This document shows, one piece after another, positions 1 through 7,812 of a DNA stretch of 20,000 nt. The translations under genes and the position numbers were made by a program. Positions within the stretch are counted from its first letter, which is position 1; each line of letters opens with the position of its first letter. The notes under the pieces are model-generated. The model saw only the letters and a list, made by a program, of their open reading frames with translations. It was not told the DNA's origin and searched no databases. The DNA is from an uncultured virus (IMG/VR IMGVR_UViG_3300010344_001075) (taxonomy: Duplodnaviria; Heunggongvirae; Uroviricota; Caudoviricetes): IMG/VR virus record IMGVR_UViG_3300010344_001075. One strand, written 5' to 3'.

Positions 1-1112
1 CCTTGTACAGGATAGTTGATGCAGTCATTCTTCCCCATAACACCGTGGCAGCGGAAGCCTGTGTACATATCAATATATCCATACTTTTGATATGTTTTCC
101 ACCAACGATCTTTCCATGCGGCATAGTCAGCAAAACGGACACCCCAGAAGTCTGACTCAATCTTTTTCACATGGTTGATAAAGGTATCAAGAGATTTGAT
201 TCCCTTTTCAATAAAGTGATCTGACAAATGGGCTCCGTCAATTTCTATTCCTTGTCCAGGTTTCCATTTGGTAGGAGGCAACTTACCCCAATTGCAAGCC
301 ATGTACGTAGCACAGTTCTTGTAATAGTCACCGTAGAATTCCGGGAAAACAAAACCATTCTTTGCCGCTTGTCTCAGTACCTTGTGGGCTGGATTAGATT
401 TGTCAAACGAATCTAACATAAAGATTTGGACGGCCATATCTCTATGCATATCCCCTTGCGTAATGTCATATATCAATTGTTGATCATGGTTGTAACATGC
501 CGCTATTCTTACCTCAAGTTGACTGTAATCAACTTCCATTAACTGATGTCCTGGACGGGGGTACAATGCTTTGCGAACAATCTGCATAGATTCCTCATCC
601 CGTTTTGGTATGTTTTGAAAGTTAGGGTGGTCGGAGCTTGAGCGAAACGTACGAACAAGATGTAAGTTGAAGAACGGATGTATGTATCCTTTTACCTGTT
701 CTCTTGAAAAGGCTTCAAGGTATGTGTCCCGTACCTTTTTCAACTTACGCATGTCTAACAGTATGTCTAACTCAGGTATGTTTAACTGGCGTAAGGTTTC
801 CTCATCGGTAGAACCTTGTCCAGACTCCGTTTCCTTTTCAACTTCCAACTTCTTTGTCTTGTACAGGAAGTGGGCAAGTTGTGCGTTGGAGTTGATGTTT
901 ACCCTGCCACCTCGAGAATGTTCCCAATGCCGATAGAAATCTGAGGCCTTAAACTTCCGTTCAAGCCTGTTTATTTTGGAAGTTAGATTGGCTTTACGTT
1001 GTTCAAGGTACTCTAAGTCAACACGAAGCCCTTGTTGTTCGGCTCTAGCAATGGCAAGAATACCATTATGCATCAAACGGTACGCGGCTTCACTATGTGG
1101 GCTGGTATCCAT
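1..1112 (-). CDS. polA: Family A DNA polymerase, stand-alone polymerase domain (3' end runs off the window)
   Basis: Not in the ORF track. Manual translation from ATG at 1112 is open to the window edge: MDTSPHSEAAYRLMHNGILAIARAEQQGLRVD...NINSNAQL...STDEETL...HPFFNLHLVRTFRSSSDHPNFQNIP, motif A DYSQLEVR, DMH, motif B RQAAKNGFVFPEFYG, and ...INYPVQG at the edge. Confidence 0.95.
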   Translation of the reverse strand, partial: MDTSPHSEAAYRLMHNGILAIARAEQQGLRVDLEYLEQRKANLTSKINRLERKFKASDFYRHWEHSRGGRVNINSNAQLAHFLYKTKKLEVEKETESGQGSTDEETLRQLNIPELDILLDMRKLKKVRDTYLEAFSREQVKGYIHPFFNLHLVRTFRSSSDHPNFQNIPKRDEESMQIVRKALYPRPGHQLMEVDYSQLEVRIAACYNHDQQLIYDITQGDMHRDMAVQIFMLDSFDKSNPAHKVLRQAAKNGFVFPEFYGDYYKNCATYMACNWGKLPPTKWKPGQGIEIDGAHLSDHFIEKGIKSLDTFINHVKKIESDFWGVRFADYAAWKDRWWKTYQKYGYIDMYTGFRCHGVMGKNDCINYPVQ

Positions 1113-1423
1113 TCTTTAAATCGTTTTTCAAATGTTCGTACTATTTCATCTGCTTTGTTACAAAACACAGGATCACTCATTTCCTTACGGGCTCTAATAA
1201 GTTTGAGCTCATGCACGATGTTATTGTAATTCTCCTCGGTGATCCCACATTTGTTTACATAATCCCCGAACATGCACAACCTGGCATAGATAGGGCTTCC
1301 GTACACTTTATGCACTCTTTTAGCTTCGTTCTTCCCATGCCACCACAGGACAACTATGGTAAAAAGAAACAAGCCAATTAAGACTACAACCTCTAAAGGT
1401 TTCATTGTTGGTAATGCTTCCAT
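1073..1423 (-). CDS. Small hypothetical protein with N-terminal transmembrane helix
   Basis: 116-aa ORF that fills the gap between the exonuclease and polymerase genes. It has a hydrophobic stretch VVVLIGLFLFTIVVLWW followed by a basic segment, and starts 2 nt after the upstream stop. Confidence 0.65.
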   Translation of the reverse strand: MEALPTMKPLEVVVLIGLFLFTIVVLWWHGKNEAKRVHKVYGSPIYARLCMFGDYVNKCGITEENYNNIVHELKLIRARKEMSDPVFCNKADEIVRTFEKRFKEWIPAHIVKPRTV

Positions 1424-1425
1424 GA

Positions 1426-2643
1426 TTAGAAAGGTAATAAGATTTGACTTTGTTGTAACATTGCTAACCGATATTCATATATCGTATCGAGGGCACAATA
1501 CGTTAGGAGTTTTTCAGTTCCCCCTGGTACTGTAAGAAGTTCAAGTACACGATTAAGTCCATTGCCATCACTATTATCAACGGCATGTAAATATGGAGAG
1601 ATCTCACTTGCGTAATCAACGACACCAAGTTGTACGTAGGTTTGAAACTTAAGACTTGTTATCCCTGGACGGTTGTCAAGAATGTGTGCGGCTTGCATAC
1701 TATCCCAATACCAGTTGACGACGGGTTGTCTTAATCGTACGACACTCCAAGTATCCTCAAATTTCATGTTGTGTGCCATCTTTCCTACTTTGGGATTGGC
1801 TAACAAGTCAAGGAACGGTTGTCGTTCGGCCTTTGTTTCTGGCATCAAAAACGCATACGTATGATCTGGGGAATCAGCAACTGCCGCACAAACGACACGA
1901 TGCCCTGCGGCATGTGGCTTAAGACCCGTTGTCTCATAGTCGATCGCAACAGGACCTTTTATACGTTTCAATACGGATAAGTCTTCAATTATCTCAATCT
2001 CCGGCTCATTGTATTTCGGCAGAGCACCAAGTGCAAAGGCCTGTTTCAAATCCCTTTTCCATATGGCTTGTACGTCAGGTTGTTCTGAGACTCGTTCAAT
2101 GTAACTCGGATGAAATGTAGGACAGAGCCAAGCATTAAAATCTAAATCAGGTATTGTAAACCCCCGCCACTTACTTATCGTCCCCAGATCTTTCATCCAA
2201 CGATGTCCTATTATGCTGTATAGTGCCGTATTTCCGAGGATAATAATTTTATGTGGGCAATACTCCTCTATTGTCCGAAGTATTGACCTACGGCAGCATT
2301 CCGCCTCAAAATTAGAAGGTGGGCGGTTAGTTCCCTTAAGATCTACAGGCCTACATAAAACCGCGTTGATGTTAACACAATCTTCAAACAAATCAATACC
2401 TAATGAAGAGTATGTTTTTTGGAGAAGCTTGCCAACTTTACCCTGCCAGGGTTTTCCTGTACGATCCTCTGCCTCTCCCGGAGCCTCACCTATGTTCAGT
2501 ATCTTCTTTTTGAAATTACCGAAAGGTTTCATTTGTGGGGATTCACAGGTTCGGTGTAGGCCGCAAGTTACACAGGTGCCAACCTTACCCGCCGGTCGTG
2601 TAATTGACTCGACCTCTTTCTTTGTGAAGAACCCCTCTATCAT
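1426..2643 (-). CDS. Uracil-DNA glycosylase (family 4-like, Fe-S) fused to PolA-type 3'-5' exonuclease
   Basis: UDG motifs CVTCGL, IGEAPGEAEDRTGKPWQG, NAVLCRP, ECC and TFHPSY. Exonuclease motifs Exo I IDYETTGL, Exo II HNMKFED, WDSMQAAHILD and Exo III YCALD. This resembles the N-terminal half of SPO1-type polymerases. Confidence 0.92.
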   Translation of the reverse strand: MIEGFFTKKEVESITRPAGKVGTCVTCGLHRTCESPQMKPFGNFKKKILNIGEAPGEAEDRTGKPWQGKVGKLLQKTYSSLGIDLFEDCVNINAVLCRPVDLKGTNRPPSNFEAECCRRSILRTIEEYCPHKIIILGNTALYSIIGHRWMKDLGTISKWRGFTIPDLDFNAWLCPTFHPSYIERVSEQPDVQAIWKRDLKQAFALGALPKYNEPEIEIIEDLSVLKRIKGPVAIDYETTGLKPHAAGHRVVCAAVADSPDHTYAFLMPETKAERQPFLDLLANPKVGKMAHNMKFEDTWSVVRLRQPVVNWYWDSMQAAHILDNRPGITSLKFQTYVQLGVVDYASEISPYLHAVDNSDGNGLNRVLELLTVPGGTEKLLTYCALDTIYEYRLAMLQQSQILLPF

Positions 2644-3671
2644 TTGTTGTTCTTAAGAGCTTTCAGAATACCAACGTACACCCAGCCACTACCTGCGAAC
2701 TTTATACGGTTACTTGTTAGTTCACAGGCTTGAGTTTCTTTCAGAATATCCTTCAACAGATATGGAGTAATGACAAAGGCTATTTTCTTTCCTTCATACT
2801 TTTCCATCTCTAATGTTTCCACGAAGCGACCTGTATCCGAAGTGGCTTCCATTGTGAGGCCTTCATCGTCTACCGTTATGTGTATTTCTTCTTCCAACAT
2901 GCGTTCACGTTTGGAGAACACCATGGCACGGGCAAGTGTCTCATCAAGCCCCTCCGGCAGGATAACCCTTGTACCGGATACCTGTAAGTGTTGATCCATT
3001 GCTGGATACTTGTCTTCGGCAAACAAACGACATGAAATTATTGTACCCCCTTGACAACGAAAATGGGCCCAACCTTGTCCCAATGCAATTCGTGTAGGTG
3101 CCAACTTAACCATCTCCACAACCGAAGCGGCAGGGATAAGTAAAGTAGGAATGGATAGTTCAGTTGATAATGTATAACGTGTGATACGGTAGCCGTCTGA
3201 TGCCTCAACGAAACCGTCCTTGTTTATGTGTACACAGGTGAGAAGTGGTTGACTCATGTTTGTTCCGCTTGAAGTCATTACGAAACGGCAGGCATCAATA
3301 AACCCCTCAGGTAGTTTCTCCCACTTGCCTTTCTCTCCGAGTTGTTCTTCAAGGGGTAGTTTGATTTCACTTTGTAAGGTGAAGTTTGCCTTTGCTCGTC
3401 CAGCTGACAGCACAACTTCGGCATCGTTAATTTCAAGATCAATTTCTTTTTGTGACACCTTGCCAAGAAACTTGTACAGGTTCTCTGCTGAGATGGCCCC
3501 TGTCAAATTGAGGAAGTCCACAGGATGAGAAATACTGATCTCATCATTGTAAGTGACTACCTTTCCGTTTACAAAGGCAAAAGAAGTTGATTGCTCTATC
3601 AAATCTCTGTTTGCCAAACCTGGCTTAACAATTTCAAGAGCTGTTTTTAGATCATCCTTTACTATTTTCAT
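2640..3671 (-). CDS. dnaN: DNA polymerase sliding clamp, beta-subunit-like
   Basis: 343 aa, a size fitting a three-domain clamp. N-terminus MKIVKDDLKTALEIVK, the segment PLLTCVHI...VEASDGYRI (cf. ATDGHRL), SCRLFAEDKYP (cf. SRLIEGxYP) and ITPYLLKDILK. Adjacent to the polymerase genes. Confidence 0.8.
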   Translation of the reverse strand: MKIVKDDLKTALEIVKPGLANRDLIEQSTSFAFVNGKVVTYNDEISISHPVDFLNLTGAISAENLYKFLGKVSQKEIDLEINDAEVVLSAGRAKANFTLQSEIKLPLEEQLGEKGKWEKLPEGFIDACRFVMTSSGTNMSQPLLTCVHINKDGFVEASDGYRITRYTLSTELSIPTLLIPAASVVEMVKLAPTRIALGQGWAHFRCQGGTIISCRLFAEDKYPAMDQHLQVSGTRVILPEGLDETLARAMVFSKRERMLEEEIHITVDDEGLTMEATSDTGRFVETLEMEKYEGKKIAFVITPYLLKDILKETQACELTSNRIKFAGSGWVYVGILKALKNNK

Positions 3672-4209
3672 TCTTCATATGGTTTAATAAGGTTTCTTTT
3701 AACTTGGATACAGGAAGTAATGTACCATCCAGGTATTCCGGTGCAACATACATGCGGTTTACTTTCTTGTCTTTGTGTCGATAAGATGTGTGCCAATATT
3801 TTGTGGGGATATCTCCGTACTTGAAAAATACAAACCAACCAGTTCGTACGAATAAAAGAACACATACCCCCTCTCCTCCTAATTTTTCTAAGGCATACTT
3901 GACACGATCCTTTTCAGCCGTGGCTTTAACGATTGATGAGGGCATATCATAACGAACATGCCCTTGTATCTGTTTAACGTAATCAACAACAGACATTTGA
4001 CATTTAACAGGAACCGCCGTATATTCTTTTGAGGTGATCCATTGTGTATTACCAACTATTTGGCTTTCTTTCGTTGGAACTTCCTTTACAGGAGTCAATA
4101 CGAAACCAGCCTCTTCCAATATTGGACGTAGGAATAACTCAATATCTTGTAGGTTTTTATCCCCACCAAAGACATGTTCTTTTTCAGGTAACGGAAATAA
4201 CGTATCCAT
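3652..4209 (-). CDS. Hypothetical protein
   Basis: 185-aa ORF whose start is coupled to the dpdA stop (TAATG overlap at 4209). No motif recognised with confidence. Confidence 0.7.
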   Translation of the reverse strand: MDTLFPLPEKEHVFGGDKNLQDIELFLRPILEEAGFVLTPVKEVPTKESQIVGNTQWITSKEYTAVPVKCQMSVVDYVKQIQGHVRYDMPSSIVKATAEKDRVKYALEKLGGEGVCVLLFVRTGWFVFFKYGDIPTKYWHTSYRHKDKKVNRMYVAPEYLDGTLLPVSKLKETLLNHMKNENSKG

Positions 4210-5246
4210 TATTTTCTGTATTTTGCTACCGCTTTGGCAATGTTCTCACTCCAATAAGCGTAGCTGATTAAGATATCAAGTTTGGGCCGTACCTTGCCAA
4301 AGATTGCCAAGTGTGTCGTTGTTGAAACACCCATGTACATGATGGTCTTTGGACCTTGTATCATCTCTTCCTTCTTGATCAAATTTTCTACGTACGGACG
4401 TGGATACACAGGTGTCCTTCTTTGAAGACGTGTCCACATCGTTAAGTTCCACCTCATGCGTTCTTCCCAGTGATTGGCAAGTGTACGAACTTCGGTGTTA
4501 GAAGGTTTGATTATATAACCAAACTCGGGTTTCAGTTCCTTCTTCGGATTCTTCTTGTCTTTACGTGTCGGGCGTTGTTCCTGATAACGAAGTTCTCCTA
4601 ATTCAAACCCACCATCTACTATCAAACCTTCGTATGCCTTTTGAGCACTCGGTGGCAGGCCAAGAAAACTTGTCTCATTACCAACGACATGTTTAGCCTG
4701 ATCCGATACACGGCAGATAAACATATCAAAGTATTTAAATTCGTTATCCCGTATTATTGGCAACAGGATACTGCCCCATACGGCGGATATGACAGGAGTA
4801 AAGGAGTCAACTGAGAACCAGGGATACTTGAGCATCTGATCAATCTGTGTTAAACCAAGCCCATGTATCTTAACTTTGGGCATGCCATCTTTATCAAGGA
4901 AGAACTTCTTCCATATAACATCAAGGCCTTTTAACCGTTGTTCTGTATCCAAGTTAGCTACGGCACCGATGGCAATGTGATCAGTCTCGTCCAGGTACTT
5001 TTTCAAGTACTCTTCCTCTCCGGTTACCATGTGGTAAACAGGAATGGTGTGGGCTCCTAAGGATTTCAAGTACTTCCAATTCTCATAACTTTTCTTTGTG
5101 TCGTTGATATGGTCAAGGTTAATACAACCGTCAAACTCATGACCATGCTCAATAACGAATTGGGCATACTTATCAATGTCAATGGTGATACCTTGTCTGT
5201 ATGCGGTGTAGGCACCGGAATCAATTAATACTCTTGGCGTTTTCAT
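4209..5246 (-). CDS. dpdA: DpdA-like DNA 7-deazaguanine transglycosylase (TGT superfamily)
   Basis: TGT-barrel motifs VLIDSGAYTA, NLDHI, IPVYH, IAIGAV, KIHGLGLT and YPWFSVDS. Co-located with folE/queD/queE/queC. Confidence 0.85.
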   Translation of the reverse strand: MKTPRVLIDSGAYTAYRQGITIDIDKYAQFVIEHGHEFDGCINLDHINDTKKSYENWKYLKSLGAHTIPVYHMVTGEEEYLKKYLDETDHIAIGAVANLDTEQRLKGLDVIWKKFFLDKDGMPKVKIHGLGLTQIDQMLKYPWFSVDSFTPVISAVWGSILLPIIRDNEFKYFDMFICRVSDQAKHVVGNETSFLGLPPSAQKAYEGLIVDGGFELGELRYQEQRPTRKDKKNPKKELKPEFGYIIKPSNTEVRTLANHWEERMRWNLTMWTRLQRRTPVYPRPYVENLIKKEEMIQGPKTIMYMGVSTTTHLAIFGKVRPKLDILISYAYWSENIAKAVAKYRK

Positions 5247-6211
5247 TCATATAGCATTATGTGAGAAACATCTTCATAGAACTGTTCAGCCTGACCTTCT
5301 GTCAATAACCGTGGTGTAGAAACCTTGTCAGCAAGTACTCCTTCAATGATTTTTACACATTCATCAATTGAGTCATATAAGTACTCATTTGGGAGTAACT
5401 CCGGGTAACTGAACGCTCTTGGTGCCACCGGTACGCATCCGTTGCGTACGGCATCTACAATTTGGTAACCGTAGGTTTCCTCTTTGGCGGTTATCAATAA
5501 AACTTTGGATTCTGCCAAGTATTGGTAATAGGCGGCCCAAGAAGCCATCACAAATGGTGTTTCAACTTTTAAACCCAATCGTCGGCACACTTCTTTTTCA
5601 AACTTCATATTTCTTTTCTGTAAACCTGGACGAGATACATTTATCAAAGTCCTGGTTTTCATTGGAAACAATAGCATTGGCAGTTCCGAAGAGAACGGTG
5701 GGTTTGGAAATGGCACGACAGCCGTATTCCCCCAACCGAGTTTTAAACGGTGGTAATGGGATGCTACGAATACAGTATCAAACAAGGCTGCTTGCCGTGT
5801 TTCAATCGGCCACTTCAATCCGCGTTCGTGTAAGAAATAATCATACCGGTTTTTGCTTGTGGCATGACAAATGGCAAAGCACTTCTTTGGTCGTTTGTGG
5901 AATAAGGCATTGGCAAACAAACCAGGATAACTTAAATCACAAAGCAAAAGGACGTCATCCGGTTTCAATACAAGATCAGCATATTGCATAATCTGCCGTG
6001 CTTCAAACTCCATAGCATTTTCCATAGGAGCAAATACACTACCGGGCATTCCGCTGGATTCAGGTAAGGAACTGAAAACAGAAGGATCAGTTACTCCAAG
6101 AGTCACTACCTTATCAAAGTATTTGGAGAACTGTTCTGGGAAGACTTTTGCCCACCATTGCTGATAACGCATCGGGGTGGGGTATTGTGGTACAAGAATT
6201 AGTCGGCTCAT
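5243..6211 (-). CDS. GT-B fold glycosyltransferase (GT4 / Glycos_transf_1-like)
   Basis: C-terminal signature AKEETYGYQIVDAVRNGCVPVAPRAFSYPELL (ExFG..vEA..G.Pv pattern), plus FDTVFVASHYH. ATGA overlap with dpdA. Confidence 0.85.
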   Translation of the reverse strand: MSRLILVPQYPTPMRYQQWWAKVFPEQFSKYFDKVVTLGVTDPSVFSSLPESSGMPGSVFAPMENAMEFEARQIMQYADLVLKPDDVLLLCDLSYPGLFANALFHKRPKKCFAICHATSKNRYDYFLHERGLKWPIETRQAALFDTVFVASHYHRLKLGWGNTAVVPFPNPPFSSELPMLLFPMKTRTLINVSRPGLQKRNMKFEKEVCRRLGLKVETPFVMASWAAYYQYLAESKVLLITAKEETYGYQIVDAVRNGCVPVAPRAFSYPELLPNEYLYDSIDECVKIIEGVLADKVSTPRLLTEGQAEQFYEDVSHIMLYE

Positions 6212-6212
6212 A

Positions 6213-6668
6213 TTAGATTTTTATTATCCATTGTGTGTAACCTTCAAACAAGAAGTACTTATGGTCGTACTGCCACAGACTTTTCTTACTGGTGTAACAG
6301 TATTCTAAGTCGCGGCGTTTGAGTTCAGGGGTTTCAACCTCATGTAGGTATGGTACGTTCATATTTGTTGTGTAGAAAATCACTTTGTACCCGTCACGTA
6401 ACATAATCACACCTACATTTCCAAGGTGTCGGTGTAGGGGGTGTATTTCATTCGTGGGGTCCGGGAAGAGGTATGTCAGCCTGTTTAACATTGGAAGACT
6501 GTCTATTGACCGTACACTGAAACCAAAACACTCACTTGAGTTTACGGCCTCTTCCATTGCCTTTTCAGAACCGAAGTACACATCTGTCACCTGCCCTGTT
6601 TTCAATAGCTCGTAACAACCAATGATTTCGTCATCAGCATGTGGGGCTATAATTACATGGTCTCTCAT
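6213..6668 (-). CDS. PIG-L/LmbE family Zn-dependent N-deacetylase (minimal)
   Basis: VIIAPHADDEIIGC (PHxDDE motif) and a downstream HPLH (cf. HxDH). 151 aa. Confidence 0.85.
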   Translation of the reverse strand: MRDHVIIAPHADDEIIGCYELLKTGQVTDVYFGSEKAMEEAVNSSECFGFSVRSIDSLPMLNRLTYLFPDPTNEIHPLHRHLGNVGVIMLRDGYKVIFYTTNMNVPYLHEVETPELKRRDLEYCYTSKKSLWQYDHKYFLFEGYTQWIIKI

Positions 6669-7039
6669 ACCCCGGTGCTCATTTGGAGTAAACCGTAGAA
6701 CTCAATACGACAGGCGGTGTGATTCATAAAGTCTCCGTGAAGAGAAGATATAAAGCACTTGTCAACATAGAACACTACGGCGACACCTTCTGATTTCTCA
6801 AAGGTGTCATTGAGGTGTTCCGTCAACGCTCCTGCCATGTTACGCAATTTCTGGATATCGTTTACCCAGCCATCAGTTTTGTTTGCCTTCATAAAGGCTA
6901 CAACCACATTGTCAAGTGTGGTGAGATCATCATCGGTAATCATACCGACGTAAATAGGGAAACCCCAATGCGTGTACTTCCGTATGAGCAGGGGGCTGGC
7001 ATGTTTGTCTACCAGTTTTGTAAAGGTGTCATTCTCCAT
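6665..7039 (-). CDS. Degenerate GTP cyclohydrolase I (FolE)-like T-fold protein, no catalytic Zn ligands
   Basis: The C-terminus EGVAVV...SSLHGDF...CRIEFYGLL parallels the FolE in this window (EGAACI...SSLTGSF...ARAELLQLI). It lacks CEHH and HMC. ATG at 7039 is preferred over GTG at 7045. Confidence 0.5.
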   Translation of the reverse strand: MENDTFTKLVDKHASPLLIRKYTHWGFPIYVGMITDDDLTTLDNVVVAFMKANKTDGWVNDIQKLRNMAGALTEHLNDTFEKSEGVAVVFYVDKCFISSLHGDFMNHTACRIEFYGLLQMSTGV

Positions 7040-7568
7040 AACCACTAAATATTTCGTCTTTGTTAATTTGATAAGCTTCTGCTAATTTCTCTATGGTTTC
7101 TTTTTGCATACCAAGAAGAGGGGCTTCAAGTTTGATTGGCCTACTGCCGTTTATTTGTAAGAGTTTATTCATTTGGTAAACCCACTCCTGTGAACAATCT
7201 GGGAATATGTTTTCACGATCGGCATAATTGGCTCCGTACCAGATTAAATCAATGCCTTGACTCTCTGCCAATGAAGCCGCGTATGCCGTGAATAACATAT
7301 TTCGGGCGGGCACGTGCCACTGAGATACACCCTCATACCGTTTATTCTGCCCTGTCAAGGTGGAAGAACTGAGTGTAGGTATTGTAACATACACAAATTT
7401 GACAGCCCGTTTAGAACATTGATCCATGGCAAACTCTGTCTCTTTTTCATGACGTTGTCCGTAATTGAAAATAAGACAGGTTATCTCATAACCCAAGTCA
7501 AGTGCCAGGCACAATAAAACAGTACTGTCTAATCCACCACTATAGAGTAGAAGAAGTTTCTTTTTCAT
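7029..7568 (-). CDS. queC: 7-cyano-7-deazaguanine synthase QueC, lacking C-terminal Zn-binding segment
   Basis: PP-loop YSGGLDST, FNYGQRH, VPARNMLF, FPDC and APL...K. It ends at FSGYGE* where canonical QueC continues SCY...CGxCxxC. The likely start is ATG 7568, preceded by GAAAGGAAACAAC. Confidence 0.9.
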   Translation of the reverse strand: MKKKLLLLYSGGLDSTVLLCLALDLGYEITCLIFNYGQRHEKETEFAMDQCSKRAVKFVYVTIPTLSSSTLTGQNKRYEGVSQWHVPARNMLFTAYAASLAESQGIDLIWYGANYADRENIFPDCSQEWVYQMNKLLQINGSRPIKLEAPLLGMQKETIEKLAEAYQINKDEIFSGYGE

Positions 7569-7812
7569 GTTGTTTCCTTTCTCTGATTTCAAGTAATAAT
7601 CTATCAATTTCAAGATGTCGTATGCGGCCGAATCTAAAAGCCGATCCAGTCAAATAGTTAAGGACTCTCCGAACCCTGAGTGGATCGGAGAAGTCCTGTA
7701 AATATGTTCTCAATATTTGGCAGTTGGCTGCGGGTGTATGCTTCCACGTACCAAGGAACGAGCGACGTATTATCTGCCACTCAGGATCGTTTACAATTTC
7801 TTGTATTTTCAT
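7540..7812 (-). CDS. Small basic hypothetical protein (90 aa)
   Basis: MKIQEIVNDPEWQIIRRSFLGTWK...RVLNYLTGSAFRFGRIRH. Start at 7812 forms an ATGA overlap with the methyltransferase stop. Confidence 0.75.
   Translation of the reverse strand: MKIQEIVNDPEWQIIRRSFLGTWKHTPAANCQILRTYLQDFSDPLRVRRVLNYLTGSAFRFGRIRHLEIDRLLLEIRERKQHEKETSSTL

Noticed and set aside
1113..1425. Self-splicing intron or homing endonuclease interrupting the polymerase
   Set aside because: The gap is fully occupied by a TM-containing ORF with no HNH/GIY-YIG/LAGLIDADG motif, I see no group I/II core elements, and both polymerase halves have their own plausible stop and start.
4209..5246. Canonical tRNA-guanine transglycosylase (tgt) for queuosine tRNA modification
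   Set aside because: It lacks the C-terminal CxCxxC...H zinc site and DSGGFQ signature of bacterial Tgt, and the phage replication context favours a DNA-acting DpdA-like enzyme.
6930..7031. Stop-codon readthrough or frameshift restoring the QueC Zn motif, or an alternative genetic code
   Set aside because: No frame downstream of the queC stop contains CxxC-type ligands, and other genes are full length under the standard code with TAA, TAG and TGA all used as stops.
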